In this document: positions 1 through 13,214 of the stretch, one piece after another | Position numbering within the stretch: the stretch's first letter is position 1 | Layout: every line of letters starts with the position of its first letter | Assembly: GCA_964615185.1 (NCBI GenBank) | Contig: CAZTOS010000017.1 | Location: 1 to 34,118 of the forward strand | Direction: 5' to 3' | Length of the DNA stretch: 34,118 nucleotides | From: an uncultured Thermococci archaeon | Lineage (GTDB): Archaea > Methanobacteriota_B > Thermococci > Thermococcales > Thermococcaceae | Translations under genes and position numbers: made by a program | Notes under the pieces: model-generated | Told to the model about the DNA's origin: nothing | The model's input: the letters and a program-made list of their open reading frames with translations, nothing else | Database searches by the model: none

Positions 1-92
1 GAGCAAGATTTCCTCCTGAAAGTTCATAACAACCACCAATCAACCAAAAATTTAAATGCATATAAATTTAACGACCCGATGAGAACTAGGGT
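1..92 (-). mobile_element. Left end of a probable IS982-family (ISPfu3-like) insertion sequence; transposase 5' end runs off the window
   Basis: Minus strand reads GTG GTT GTT ATG AAC TTT CAG GAG GAA ATC TTG CTC (VVVMNFQEEILL, ATG at 27), resembling my recollection of Thermococcales IS982 transposase N-termini. Putative terminal inverted repeat 5'-ACCCTAGTTCTC starts at 92; IS982 ends begin with ACCC. The other end is not visible. Confidence 0.6.
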
Positions 93-251
93 ATACAGTG
101 ATATTCACAAATGTACAGGAAACCTTTTTATTGTATTAAAAGTAGTATTCTAATAGGTTTAATACATTAAAAATTAAATAAAATATAGTGACAAGGTTAT
201 ATTTAAAAACATTATTATTTTTCAAACACCAAACTGAGGGGCGGGTGGCCC

Positions 252-434
252 TTGCAGAGATATGTATCTAAACCCAAGAGCAGATATAAAACAATTCCTC
301 TTAGAAGGGAAACATACCTACGCTTAAAGCAAGAAAAGATTAAGTTCCAACAGAATTTTGGCCGCGAACTAAGTTGGGATGAGCTTGTTGAGCTACTGTT
401 GGAATTTAAAAGAATAATAATAAATGACGAGTGA
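252..434 (+). CDS. Small ribbon-helix-helix-like DNA-binding protein (CopG/VapB-antitoxin-like)
   Basis: 60 aa, TTG start after GGGTGG. Pattern KTIPLRRETYLRLK...LSWDELVELLL fits a beta-strand plus two helices. Confidence 0.5.
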   Translation: MQRYVSKPKSRYKTIPLRRETYLRLKQEKIKFQQNFGRELSWDELVELLLEFKRIIINDE

Positions 435-480
435 ATCTCCTTCAGGTGCTTTTCCTAGTTGTTTTTAGATTTGATTTTTA

Positions 481-660
481 TGTTATAACACTTTACGATT
501 ATAGAATGTCTTTGGAATATCTCGTCTAATTTCTATATCCTAACCTAATCTTTCCCTATTGGTTTGAAACTCGCATGTAAATTGCTTTAAAATGTTATAA
601 CCCTTTACTTTTACATTTAGTTTTATAAACCAATATTAATGGATTAAAATGTTATAAACA
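481..660. promoter_or_regulatory. Repeated TGTTATAA(C) motifs upstream of glpF, candidate operator array
   Basis: TGTTATAACACTTTAC (481-496) and TGTTATAACCCTTTAC (593-608) match at 15/16. TTAAAATGTTATAA occurs at 587-600 and 644-657. TGTTATAACA (481-490) is a perfect palindrome. Confidence 0.45.
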
Positions 661-724
661 ATAATCTTTATAATCTTTAAAGTTACAAAATAATATACAA
701 AGACCTACGGAGGTGTAATGACTT

Positions 725-3065
<2,341 letters not shown>

Positions 3066-3101
3066 TTTCTGTTTCTCAACTTTTTTATTTGGTTTTTCTT
3101 T
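3066..3101 (+). terminator. Oligo-T tract after glpK, possible archaeal intrinsic terminator
   Basis: TTTTTTATTTGGTTTTTCTTT shortly after the stop codon. Confidence 0.4.
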
Positions 3102-3134
3102 ACCATAACTTAACCATCATCTGGGGGAAAAAGA

Positions 3135-4640
3135 ATGAAAGTTGTTATAATTGGAGCAGGAGTTGTAGGGGCTTCGATAGCCAGAGTTTTAAGCCAGTAT
3201 GAAGGACTGGAAATACATCTTCTTGAGAAAAATGCAGATGCCGGAATGGGCGTCAGCAAGGCAAATACAGCAATAATACATCCAGGTCATGAAGATGACC
3301 CAGACAAGTATCCACTCAGAGCAAAGCTTTGCATTAAAGGAAACAGGCTCTGGTATCAGTGGACTAAAGAGCTTGGAATACCTGCAAAATGGCCCGGAGA
3401 ACTCATGATTGCAGTGGAAGAGGAGGACATGAAGATTGCCGAGCACTATCTTGAGCTTGCCCAGAGAAACGGTGTTCCGGGAGTCAGGTTAGTTGACCAT
3501 GATGAACTTCTAAAGCTTGAACCCAATGCTAATCCAAACGCTGCCGGAGCGCTCTGGGCACCTACAGCAGGTTTAATGTTATCCCCAATGGCAGCTCCGG
3601 CCCTTGTTGAGAATGCTATCGAGAATGGTGTCAGATTCCATCCTGAGACAGAAGTTACAGGGATAAAAATAAAGAAAGGCGAGATTAAGGGAGTTGAGAC
3701 AAATAGAGGATTCATCGAGGCAGATATTGTCATAAACGCTGCCGGTCTTTATGCGGATAAAATTTCGAAGATGGCGGGTATAGATTACTTCACAATACAC
3801 CCCAGAAAGGGGGAGTATTTTGTTTTTGATGATGATGCTAAGCCGAAGGTGACGAAAATAGTCCACCAGACGCCCACTCCGATTACTAAGGGCGTCTACG
3901 TCATCACTGAGATGAATGGTGGGCTTATGATAGGGCCAACAGCTCAAGATCTGCCAGAGGATGCAAAGGAAGATACTTCAACCACCAAAGAAGGCCTTGA
4001 ATTTGTATGGGAGTGGGCGCAAAAGCTTATAAAGGAACTCCCACCGAGAAGCATGGTAATAAGAACATTCGCCGGTCTGAGGCCAGAACCGCCTGATGGG
4101 AGATGGATAATTGATGCTTATGATGATCCATGGGGCTTCATAAATGTCGCAGGTATAAGATCCCCTGGCTTCACATCCGCACCGGCAATAGCATATTACA
4201 TAGTTGAGGAGCTTATTCAGGGCAAGCTGGAGATAAAATTGACCAGAAAATCCCACTGGAACCCCTATAGAAGGGTCATCTTCTTCAAGAGCCTCCCTCC
4301 TGAGAAACAGAACAAGCTCATAAAGAAAAACCCTGCCTATGGAAGGGTAGTCTGCATGTGCCATGGGATAACTGAGGGAGAGATCTTAGATGTAATAAAC
4401 CGCATGAAGAGGATGGGAGTAAAGACGATAACCCTTGATGGCATTAAGATGAGAACATGGCCCATGGTCATGGCAGGAACCTGTCAGGGCTCATACTGCA
4501 GGGTGAGGATAGCCAACATCATCGCTAGGGAAACTGGAATCCCCCTCTGGAAGGTTACATTGAAGGGGAAGGGAACGGAGTACGGTATCGGCGATATTAA
4601 GATCCTCCTGAAAGAGGGGGTGAAGGAAAATGCAGAATGA
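3135..4640 (+). CDS. glpA: FAD-dependent glycerol-3-phosphate dehydrogenase catalytic subunit with C-terminal BFD-like [2Fe-2S] domain
   Basis: GAGVVG Rossmann motif, SKANTAIIH, FAGLRP, IRSPGFTSAPA; C-terminal CMC...GTCQGSYC; adjacent to glpK. Confidence 0.8.
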   Translation: MKVVIIGAGVVGASIARVLSQYEGLEIHLLEKNADAGMGVSKANTAIIHPGHEDDPDKYPLRAKLCIKGNRLWYQWTKELGIPAKWPGELMIAVEEEDMKIAEHYLELAQRNGVPGVRLVDHDELLKLEPNANPNAAGALWAPTAGLMLSPMAAPALVENAIENGVRFHPETEVTGIKIKKGEIKGVETNRGFIEADIVINAAGLYADKISKMAGIDYFTIHPRKGEYFVFDDDAKPKVTKIVHQTPTPITKGVYVITEMNGGLMIGPTAQDLPEDAKEDTSTTKEGLEFVWEWAQKLIKELPPRSMVIRTFAGLRPEPPDGRWIIDAYDDPWGFINVAGIRSPGFTSAPAIAYYIVEELIQGKLEIKLTRKSHWNPYRRVIFFKSLPPEKQNKLIKKNPAYGRVVCMCHGITEGEILDVINRMKRMGVKTITLDGIKMRTWPMVMAGTCQGSYCRVRIANIIARETGIPLWKVTLKGKGTEYGIGDIKILLKEGVKENAE

Positions 4641-5880
4641 GTATGATGTTGTTGTCATCGGCGGTGGTCCAGCGGGACTTGCTGCAGCAATAAAAGCAAG
4701 GGAGCTTGGACTCAAAGTTCTTCTCATAGAAAATAGGGAATTTATCGGGGGAATTCCAATACAGTGTGTTCATCCAGGTTTTGGACTCCACTACTTTAAA
4801 GAGAATCTTACAGGAACTGAATTTATATACCGCTTCATTGAAAAGTTCAATGAAATGAATATTGAGTATTATACAAATGCCCACGTTCTTGAGATCATTC
4901 CCCACTCTTATAGACACAAAATCCTGAAAGTTGTTACAGAAAAGGGACTACTTAACATCGTTACGAAAACTGTCATATATGCCACAGGTGCCAGAGAGAG
5001 ACATGTATTTGAGATAGGAATAACCGGCCATAGAGTTGCGGGAATATACACCGCAGGAGAAGCCCAAACAATGATGGACATCTATGGAATAATGCCCGGA
5101 AAGGAGATAGTTATAGTGGGGTCTGGAGATGTTGGCTTGATAATGGCTCGTAGGTTCACCCTTGAAGGTGCTCACGTTAAAGCAGTAATAGAGATCATGC
5201 CATATCCGGGAGGACTTATAAGAAATGTAGTTCAGTGTTTAGAAGACTTTGGAATACCATTATACCTTAGCCATGCCGTTACAAGAATAGAGGGTAGAAA
5301 GAGAGTTGAAAAAGTTATTATCACAAAAGTCGACGAAAATCTTAGGCCGGTACCAGGAACAGAAAAAGAACTCAAATGTGACACCGTTGTTCTGGCAGCA
5401 GGCCTCGTACCTTACTTGAAAGTGATAGAAAAGGCAGGTGTTATCATTGATCCCGCAACAAGAGGTCCTGTTGTAAATAGTTATCTTGAGACCAGTGTTC
5501 CGGGAGTTTTTGTGGCTGGTAATGCTCTTGTGATAAACGACCTCGTCGATTACGTCGTCGAACAAGGAGAAGAGGCAGCAATAGGAGCCTATGAGTTTAT
5601 CAAAAATGAAGGATTACCCTCCATGAAGTGGAAAAAGATCGTGAAGGGTAGGAACATCCGACTTGTTGTACCGCATTATGTTTCCGACGCAAAGGATGTC
5701 ATGATATATGCGAGGGTTAAAAAACCAGAAGAAAACGTCAGGCTTCGTTTCCCAGAAATAGAAAAAGAAATCAGGTTACCATTTGTTAGACCATCAGAGA
5801 TGATAAGAATCAGGCTGAAAAAAGAAGACATAGCTAAAGCAGGGGACAAAATCACAATGGAGGTTGTCCCAAATGAGTGA
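4630..5880 (+). CDS. NAD(P)/FAD-dependent oxidoreductase, partner subunit of the G3P dehydrogenase
   Basis: GGGPAG, ATGARER, GSGDVG and ETSVPGVFVAGN motifs; overlaps the preceding gene. Confidence 0.85.
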   Translation: MQNEYDVVVIGGGPAGLAAAIKARELGLKVLLIENREFIGGIPIQCVHPGFGLHYFKENLTGTEFIYRFIEKFNEMNIEYYTNAHVLEIIPHSYRHKILKVVTEKGLLNIVTKTVIYATGARERHVFEIGITGHRVAGIYTAGEAQTMMDIYGIMPGKEIVIVGSGDVGLIMARRFTLEGAHVKAVIEIMPYPGGLIRNVVQCLEDFGIPLYLSHAVTRIEGRKRVEKVIITKVDENLRPVPGTEKELKCDTVVLAAGLVPYLKVIEKAGVIIDPATRGPVVNSYLETSVPGVFVAGNALVINDLVDYVVEQGEEAAIGAYEFIKNEGLPSMKWKKIVKGRNIRLVVPHYVSDAKDVMIYARVKKPEENVRLRFPEIEKEIRLPFVRPSEMIRIRLKKEDIAKAGDKITMEVVPNE

Positions 5881-6238
5881 GATTAGGAAGATCAGATTAA
5901 CTTGTATAATATGTCCTCTCGGATGCACCATAGAGGTTACTATGGAAGGAGATAAAATAGTGGGGATAACAGGATACACCTGTCCAAAAGGAAAGGAATA
6001 TGCTATCCAAGAAATCACAGCACCTAAGCGCATTGTTATGAGCGTTGTGAAGGTGAAGGGAGGAATATTCCCAACAGTTTCAGTAAAAACAGACAAACCC
6101 GTTCCAAAGGAGCTAATACCCAAGATAATGAAAAAACTTGTGGATGTTGAAGTAGAAGCACCAGTGCATATTGGACAAATTATAGTTAAAAACATACTTG
6201 ACACCGGGGCAAATATAGTTGCAACAAGACCTGCATAG
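5873..6238 (+). CDS. DUF1667-type CxxC Fe-S/metal-binding small subunit
   Basis: TCIICPLGC...TCPKG; typical third gene of this G3PDH cassette. ATG 5873 follows GGAGGT. Confidence 0.8.
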   Translation: MSEIRKIRLTCIICPLGCTIEVTMEGDKIVGITGYTCPKGKEYAIQEITAPKRIVMSVVKVKGGIFPTVSVKTDKPVPKELIPKIMKKLVDVEVEAPVHIGQIIVKNILDTGANIVATRPA

Positions 6239-6373
6239 AGTGGTTGATATAAACTTTTGAAGATCGAAGGTATTACCAAAACAAGAATTGGAAACCAGCA
6301 AAAAGCTCGTGAGCTTGGAACTAAACTTCATTTTGTTCTTTATTACGCTTACGTGTATATATGAACTGTATCT

Positions 6374-6419
6374 CGAAAATCTTAAATACATTAAGCTGTA
6401 AATAACACTCAGAGTGATA
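6374..6419 (+). promoter_or_regulatory. gor promoter (BRE/TATA) with downstream Thermococcales glycolytic motif (TGM)
   Basis: CGAAAAT-CTTAAATA at 6374-6388; TAACAC-TCAGA-GTGATA at 6403-6419 versus TGM consensus TATCAC-N5-GTGATA. Confidence 0.8.
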
Positions 6420-6432
6420 CGGAGGGATAAGG

Positions 6433-8391
6433 ATGAAATTCACAACCCTCAAAATTAACCTGGAAACTAAAGAGATCAGCATGAATGAAATACAGCAGGA
6501 AGGAATCTATGGAATCATTGACTATGCCATCTATCTTCATGATGAGGTCTATAAGACATACGAACTCGATCCCTATGATCCAAAAAACGTTACCGTCTTT
6601 GGAAAAGGTCCATTTGCAGGTTCAGTTCTGCCCGGAGCACACAGACTTGTATTTGTCTTCAGGTCACCACTCTATGGAACACTTTTCCCATCAACAATGG
6701 GTGGAGCAGCATACATTTTCCAAAGAGTTGGAGTAGACTTTGTAGTTCTTGAAGGAAAACGAGAAAAACCGACAGTCATCTTACTCCAGGGAGACGGAGA
6801 GAACGTTAGCGTTGAACTCCATGAAATTGAGCTTGAAAAGGTTTTAGAAATTTGGCATGGTTATAAAGGAGAAGAAGGTGTCTATGCACTAACAGAATAC
6901 CTCATAGATAACTTCAAGGATAAATTCGATAGCGAGTTTAGAATTGCATGTGTTGGACCAGCTTCGCTCAACACCAACTTTGGGGCAATATTTTCACAGA
7001 CTTTAAAGAACGGAAAGCGTGTAGAAGGGAGCGAGGACTGGGCAGCAAGAGGAGGAAGCGGAAGTGTCTTGATGAGAGTTCATAACGTTGTAGCAATAAT
7101 CTTTGGAGGAAAAGCCAAGAAAAAGTTCCCGGGTGAGAACATAGGAGATATAAAGGTTGCAAGACCCATAGTTGAGGGGGTTCACAAAAAGCCGATGTTC
7201 CAAATCATCAGTGAGAAGACTACAAAGTACAGATATAATCCAAAGCTGAAGACTGGTGGAACATTTGGAGGAAACTATCCAGCTGAAGGCGATTTTGTCC
7301 CAATCCTAAACTGGCAGATGCCATATATTAACAAAGAAGAGAGGATTAAAATCCATGAGAACATAATGAAGCATTACTGGGAACCTTTTAACAAGGAAGC
7401 GATAGAAACCAAGAACTGGACGACCTGTGGCGAGCCCTGTCCAGTTGTGTGTAAAAAATTCCGTAGAGGACATCATGTTGAGTATGAACCATATGAAGCA
7501 AATGGCCCATTAAGCGGAAGTATAGCACTCAGGGCAAGCGATATAAGTGTCCATGCAGTTGATGCTATGGGCTTTGATGCCATTGAGTTTGGAGGATTAG
7601 CTGCATGGGTTCTTGAGCTTGTCTATCGCGGCCTGCTCAAGCCAGAAGAGGTAGGATTAAGCGACAAACCAGACTTCACAAAAGATGCCCTGATTCTGAA
7701 ACCCGTTGAAGCGAGTGAGAAGAATGCAAAGCTTGTTGCAGAATTAGCCCATAGAGTGGCATTTGCAGAAACAGAGATCGCTAAAATCCTTGGTTTAGGA
7801 AAAAGAAAGGCAAGTGCAATTCTTGATGAAAAGTTTAAGGATAGATTGAGCTACGGCGAGAGTTTCAAGGACTATGCAGTCTTTACACCTCTCGGAGAGG
7901 ATGGAGAAATCTGCCCAACTATGTATTGGGCCATGGGAAACTACATTCCATTACCGATCCAAGGAAGATACTGGACATTTTATCAGTTTGGAGTCTTCCT
8001 TGAGCCTGAAGAGTTGGCAAACAAAATCATTGCAAGTGCCCTTTATGAATTCTGGTACGATAACGTTGGATGGTGCAGATTCCACAGAGGATGGATGAAG
8101 CCAGTTCTTAAAGCTCTCTTCCTCGAAGCATACGGTGAGAATGTTGAAATGGAAGAACACGCAAAGAAAGTCATAAGAAAGCTCATAAACTATGCAAAGA
8201 AAGCTGGTTATGAGCCTGTATTCTGGGACAGCATGAGGGTCGTTGATTTAGTTGCTGCAGGTGCAGAAGAGTTTGGAAATGAGAAGTGGGCAGAGAGATT
8301 CAAGAAGGACAAAGTTGGCACTGCAAAAGAATACCTGAAGAAGGTGCTTGACACTTACAGTGAAATTTTGGGAGTTGATTGGACTATTTGA
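6433..8391 (+). CDS. gor: Glyceraldehyde-3-phosphate:ferredoxin oxidoreductase (tungsten AOR family)
   Basis: 652 aa; GPFAGSVLPGAHR, STMGGA, EDWAARGG, CGEPCPVVC and EYEPY match GAPOR; TGM upstream. Confidence 0.93.
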   Translation: MKFTTLKINLETKEISMNEIQQEGIYGIIDYAIYLHDEVYKTYELDPYDPKNVTVFGKGPFAGSVLPGAHRLVFVFRSPLYGTLFPSTMGGAAYIFQRVGVDFVVLEGKREKPTVILLQGDGENVSVELHEIELEKVLEIWHGYKGEEGVYALTEYLIDNFKDKFDSEFRIACVGPASLNTNFGAIFSQTLKNGKRVEGSEDWAARGGSGSVLMRVHNVVAIIFGGKAKKKFPGENIGDIKVARPIVEGVHKKPMFQIISEKTTKYRYNPKLKTGGTFGGNYPAEGDFVPILNWQMPYINKEERIKIHENIMKHYWEPFNKEAIETKNWTTCGEPCPVVCKKFRRGHHVEYEPYEANGPLSGSIALRASDISVHAVDAMGFDAIEFGGLAAWVLELVYRGLLKPEEVGLSDKPDFTKDALILKPVEASEKNAKLVAELAHRVAFAETEIAKILGLGKRKASAILDEKFKDRLSYGESFKDYAVFTPLGEDGEICPTMYWAMGNYIPLPIQGRYWTFYQFGVFLEPEELANKIIASALYEFWYDNVGWCRFHRGWMKPVLKALFLEAYGENVEMEEHAKKVIRKLINYAKKAGYEPVFWDSMRVVDLVAAGAEEFGNEKWAERFKKDKVGTAKEYLKKVLDTYSEILGVDWTI

Positions 8392-8401
8392 GCTTTGATT
8401 T

Positions 8402-9565
8402 TTATTTTACTTTCAGGATACTTACGAGGTTTTGCTCCTCTAATTTATAAGCCACCACCACATAATTTCTATGAACTCCAATCTTGAGAGTTTGTACATT
8501 AAGAGCTTTTTGCTCGTCAATAAGTTTAATGCAGCTAATTTTCTTGGTTTTGTAATTCAAAACACATACTCCATAGATTGTTGAAGGATTTTCCTGACCT
8601 ATGCAGGGATTTGTACCTTTATAGGCGAATGCAAAGAAATGTTCATTTCCATTTCCTTTCACACTTTCAATGAACAAGCAGCTACTCATGTTCCAAATTG
8701 GAATCCTTCCCAAGATTGAGCCATTATAAGAGATTTCCACTATGTCAAAATTCGTTAGACCGTAAATTATGCCATTTGATACGGCAATTCCATGAAAACC
8801 AGATTTTCCAACATGATAGAAGTTTCTGTTATCGGTGAGTCTCCAGACAACTGAATCATTTTTGAGAGCCAGTATGTACCCACCTGTGGGATAGTAATGG
8901 ACTTCTTTAATTTTCCACTGCTTGTTATGTCTCACAACCCGCTTGTAATCACCAACACTCACAATCACTGTATCGTTAACAACCACAATTCCGCTTATTG
9001 TTCCGTTAATTTGGAACACCTTTATTCTGTCCGTAAGAATGATCAGTTTAGAGGTGTTTTTACCAGTATGCCCAAATATAAAGAATTCTTCATCCGTTTT
9101 CAAAATGTGGGGTGTCTCACTAAAAGAGAACCTCAAGTTATTGAGGAATATGGCAGTTGAATTTTGTAGCTCTATCTTCCATCCGTTAAATTCAAACACA
9201 GGTGCTGATAATCTAATGAGCTCTCCGCTGGGATATTTAACCCTATAATGCTCCCCATTGATCCTTAAAAACATGAAGTGATCTAAAAAGTAATACTCAG
9301 AAACTGTCAGCTGTTTCTCAACGGTACCGTTCTCCATACTTAAAAATTTCACCATAGAATCTTCAGGGACGAGGATTGAGTCATTACAATAGAAAAAGTT
9401 TTCTCCTTTTGCAGTCCACATCAAGGAAATGTTACCATGGAAATATGACTCGGTGGTATTTTCAAAGGAACTCTTTTGATGCTTTTCATGAATGCCTATA
9501 ACTACTGTTAGCACAACAAAAATAATAAATACAGAGAGGAAAATGTGCTTCATATTTAAATTCAT
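8402..9565 (-). CDS. Membrane-anchored extracellular protein, probable PQQ-like beta-propeller repeats
   Basis: N-terminal hydrophobic helix, beta-rich sequence (GYILALKNDSVVW), many N-x-S/T sequons; ATGA overlap with the upstream gene. Confidence 0.65.
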   Translation of the reverse strand: MNLNMKHIFLSVFIIFVVLTVVIGIHEKHQKSSFENTTESYFHGNISLMWTAKGENFFYCNDSILVPEDSMVKFLSMENGTVEKQLTVSEYYFLDHFMFLRINGEHYRVKYPSGELIRLSAPVFEFNGWKIELQNSTAIFLNNLRFSFSETPHILKTDEEFFIFGHTGKNTSKLIILTDRIKVFQINGTISGIVVVNDTVIVSVGDYKRVVRHNKQWKIKEVHYYPTGGYILALKNDSVVWRLTDNRNFYHVGKSGFHGIAVSNGIIYGLTNFDIVEISYNGSILGRIPIWNMSSCLFIESVKGNGNEHFFAFAYKGTNPCIGQENPSTIYGVCVLNYKTKKISCIKLIDEQKALNVQTLKIGVHRNYVVVAYKLEEQNLVSILKVK

Positions 9566-10824
9566 GTTGCTGTTCCTCCTTCATGATTAACCCTTCTTCT
9601 CGTTAGGATTATAAGGGAAAGTAAAACCATAAACCCATTCCCACATGTAACGTTTTTTGTTTCAATTACAGTTACTGTACTTGTTTTCGTTTTAACTATG
9701 GTTTCTGTCATGATTTTGGTCACTGTTTCAGTTTTTGTCAAAGCTTCTGCATACTTATTAAAAAGAAGCCTAACCTCACCATTTTGTGAACCAATTACGA
9801 TATATTTTCCATCTCTCGAAATTTCAACGCCTGACCATTCTCCAACTTCAGATTCCCAAAGAATTTTACCCTCGTTATTAAAAAGATAGACCCTACTTCC
9901 AACGACAGCTACAACGAATTCACTATTTTGAGATGCCGAAACATCAAAATAATAAAACACTCCACTTGCATCACCAATTCCACTGCTAAAAGAATAGTAC
10001 GAAGTTGGGCTTAGAGCTTGTGACCACAGAACATTCCCACTTTTATCAAGAAGGTACACATGAGTTGTTCCAACTGTTGTACTCCCCAGAACTTCTCCAG
10101 TCTCAACGGATTCAAGGGCTATATAGTTGTTACTTTCAGATATCTCCACGTCCAATATGTTGCCCTCTACAGAGTAACTCCAGAGCAACTTCCCATCATT
10201 CCCAAAAACGTGTAGCTTTGAGCCCACGCCAACGACAACATAGTTTCCATCGGCTGACAATGAGAGAGGATAAATCCTTCCGCTGAGCCTTTGAGTCCAT
10301 ATTAGTTTCTCATCTTCAAAGAAATACAGAGTTCCGTTTTCTGTACCTACTGCTATATAACAACCACAAGAAGATGCTGACGCTCTAATCGATTCATTAA
10401 ACATCAATTGGGCAATTAATTTTCCATTTCTATCAAGGATGTAGAGTTCTCTTTCCCCAACTCCGATCACTTTTTCCCCGTATTCTGAAATTAAAATTCT
10501 CTCTATATTTGACGTATTTTTATACTCCCACAGAAGCTCTCCATCTCCAGCAAACAGAGCAATACCCTTTCCTCCCACAGCTATGTAATTGTTATTTGAG
10601 AAGGACAGAGAAGACATGCCTTCACGTTTCCAAAGCAAGCTTCCATTTCTATTAAACACATAAACTCTTTCTCCGTTAGATGTCCCAATTGCGGCTATGT
10701 AAGAACCCTCAGGTGATATTTTCACTCTATCAATAAAGTCCTCCGTGTTATACACCCACTGAGATTCGAGTTGAACCAGAGACACAAAAACAAGAAACAA
10801 AACGATAGATGAAAAAGTCTTCAT
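9562..10824 (-). CDS. Secreted WD40/PQQ-repeat beta-propeller with Thr-rich linker and CGP-CTERM-like anchor
   Basis: Signal peptide, repeated (V/L)Y(V/L)F-x-x-x-G-x-LLW units, TKTETVTK linker, TCGNGFMVLLSLIILTRRR. Confidence 0.8.
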   Translation of the reverse strand: MKTFSSIVLFLVFVSLVQLESQWVYNTEDFIDRVKISPEGSYIAAIGTSNGERVYVFNRNGSLLWKREGMSSLSFSNNNYIAVGGKGIALFAGDGELLWEYKNTSNIERILISEYGEKVIGVGERELYILDRNGKLIAQLMFNESIRASASSCGCYIAVGTENGTLYFFEDEKLIWTQRLSGRIYPLSLSADGNYVVVGVGSKLHVFGNDGKLLWSYSVEGNILDVEISESNNYIALESVETGEVLGSTTVGTTHVYLLDKSGNVLWSQALSPTSYYSFSSGIGDASGVFYYFDVSASQNSEFVVAVVGSRVYLFNNEGKILWESEVGEWSGVEISRDGKYIVIGSQNGEVRLLFNKYAEALTKTETVTKIMTETIVKTKTSTVTVIETKNVTCGNGFMVLLSLIILTRRRVNHEGGTAT

Positions 10825-10836
10825 TTAAAGTCCTCC

Positions 10837-12237
10837 CTATTTTTTTGCAAAATATTGAGATGCAGTGTCATCTGGTGCAAAACATCCTCTACAATGTGCA
10901 TTCGCCCATTCACATGCCAAGCCACAATCCCCCTTATATTTACATGCTAGTACATAGGGCCATACCATTAAATTAGTTACCATCGAATATGGTGGATTCT
11001 GTGGATTTGTGGGTAGTTCTCTAAGCCAACTTTTTGAGGGATGACAGTAACCTGTGCTCATATAACAGTTATACTGAAAGATTAGATGGGTTTGTTGATA
11101 TACATGAGCCTCTCTATTATATGCAGTAGCAGTATAAAAGAATTTTATTTGGATTGATCTTATGTTAAGGTTGTATTTTCTACTCATATAATCAACGTAA
11201 GGTTTATATGTTTCAAATATCACACTTGGATTATTACTGGAAGGGAATTTGTATAAACAGTAGTCCGCAACATGAGAACTTCCACTGGGATATGTATCGG
11301 AATACATTCCTATCCATACCACAGCAGGTCTAAGATTTATAAAACGAGTTCCATCACCTAATGGATGCCCAAGGGGATCTGGACAACAGCTCACTACTTC
11401 ACCCTTTCTGATTTCTCTACAAACATACACAATATTACCGTTCTCAGTCTTTTTCCAACATTCCCATGGAGAAGGGGTAGAGCTCAAAGGCACTATGCCA
11501 ATCATTGTATTATAAAGTATTTGATTCCGTCTGGTTTCCTCTAGCGCCTCATATGCATATAGTTCATCCCTCTTCCTTAAATACTGATAAATCTCATTCC
11601 AAAGTTTTCTTTTTTCTTTGATTATTTGAAGGGCATTATTGATCGAAGCTTGGTTGTTCTTAATTTTTTCAAATGTTGTTTGAAGCTCATATTCTAAGTC
11701 CATTATTTTATTAAAAGTATCTTCTGCTAGATACCAGTATAGTCCAGCTATGTCACTTGAAGTTTTTATCTTTCTATTTATTCTATTTGCTGGTAGCAAT
11801 CTCTGAATATCCGTAGTATAATTATTAACAATTGCTTTAGTGTCGTAAGTAGTGTAAAGGTTTCTCTGATACCTCTTTAGAATCTCCTTTACAGTTTTTT
11901 GTCTCTTGTAGAACTCAAGTTCACTCCTTAAAAGTTGAACCTCATCCTCAAGCTTAACAATCTTCTCAAGGGTTTCAACACTTTTGGTTCTGTTGAGTTC
12001 TGCATAAAGTTTCTGTAATTCTGCTTCTTTTTGATTAATCACTTCAGTCAAGTTTTCAATCTTTGCATTCACCTCACTCAAAGCTTTATCAATGTCAAAA
12101 TCCTGGCAAGAACAGCTTTCACACTTCTCAGTCCTAACTTGCAAGTCCTTGACTTCCTAGAACTGCTCAGCAAAAACAAAACCAAAACTGCTAAAAACCA
12201 ACAACACAAGGATGCCCAAAACTACCCATCTTTGCAT
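10837..12237 (-). pseudogene. Secreted coiled-coil plus Cys-rich protein interrupted by an in-frame TAG at codon 27
   Basis: ATG 12237 after a G-rich RBS gives MQRWVVLGILVLLVFSSFGFVFAEQF*EVKDLQVRTEKCESCSC..., in frame with the 435-aa ORF; TAG at 12157-12159. Confidence 0.7.
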
Positions 12238-12483
12238 TCCGCCCCCCCAAACAAGATCATCAATAATACCATTGTAGAAGTAGTATATAACAGTTTCTAT
12301 TGTCATCTATCAACACCAAAAACATAACACAAATGAACACAATTATCATAAAATAAGCCAAATTGGAAAAGTAAAAACAAATTACTCAACCTCAAATTCC
12401 AACACTAAGAAAGAAGCTAATTTTTATTCTCTTAAATTCTTGTAGTTTAATAAGATAGACAAACCATTTAAACCCAAAAACAT

Positions 12484-13181
<698 letters not shown>

Positions 13182-13214
13182 ATGCCCTTTGTTTAAATTT
13201 TTTCCCACGATGTA

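Noticed and set aside
6239..6370. Possible gene remnant between the DUF1667 gene and gor (KIEGITKTRIGNQQKARELG...)
   Set aside because: Too short, with no convincing start or recognisable family.
12157..12159. Pyrrolysine or amber recoding
   Set aside because: No pyl genes in the window, Pyl is not known to me from Thermococcales, and the position is not catalytic; a nonsense mutation or error is simpler.
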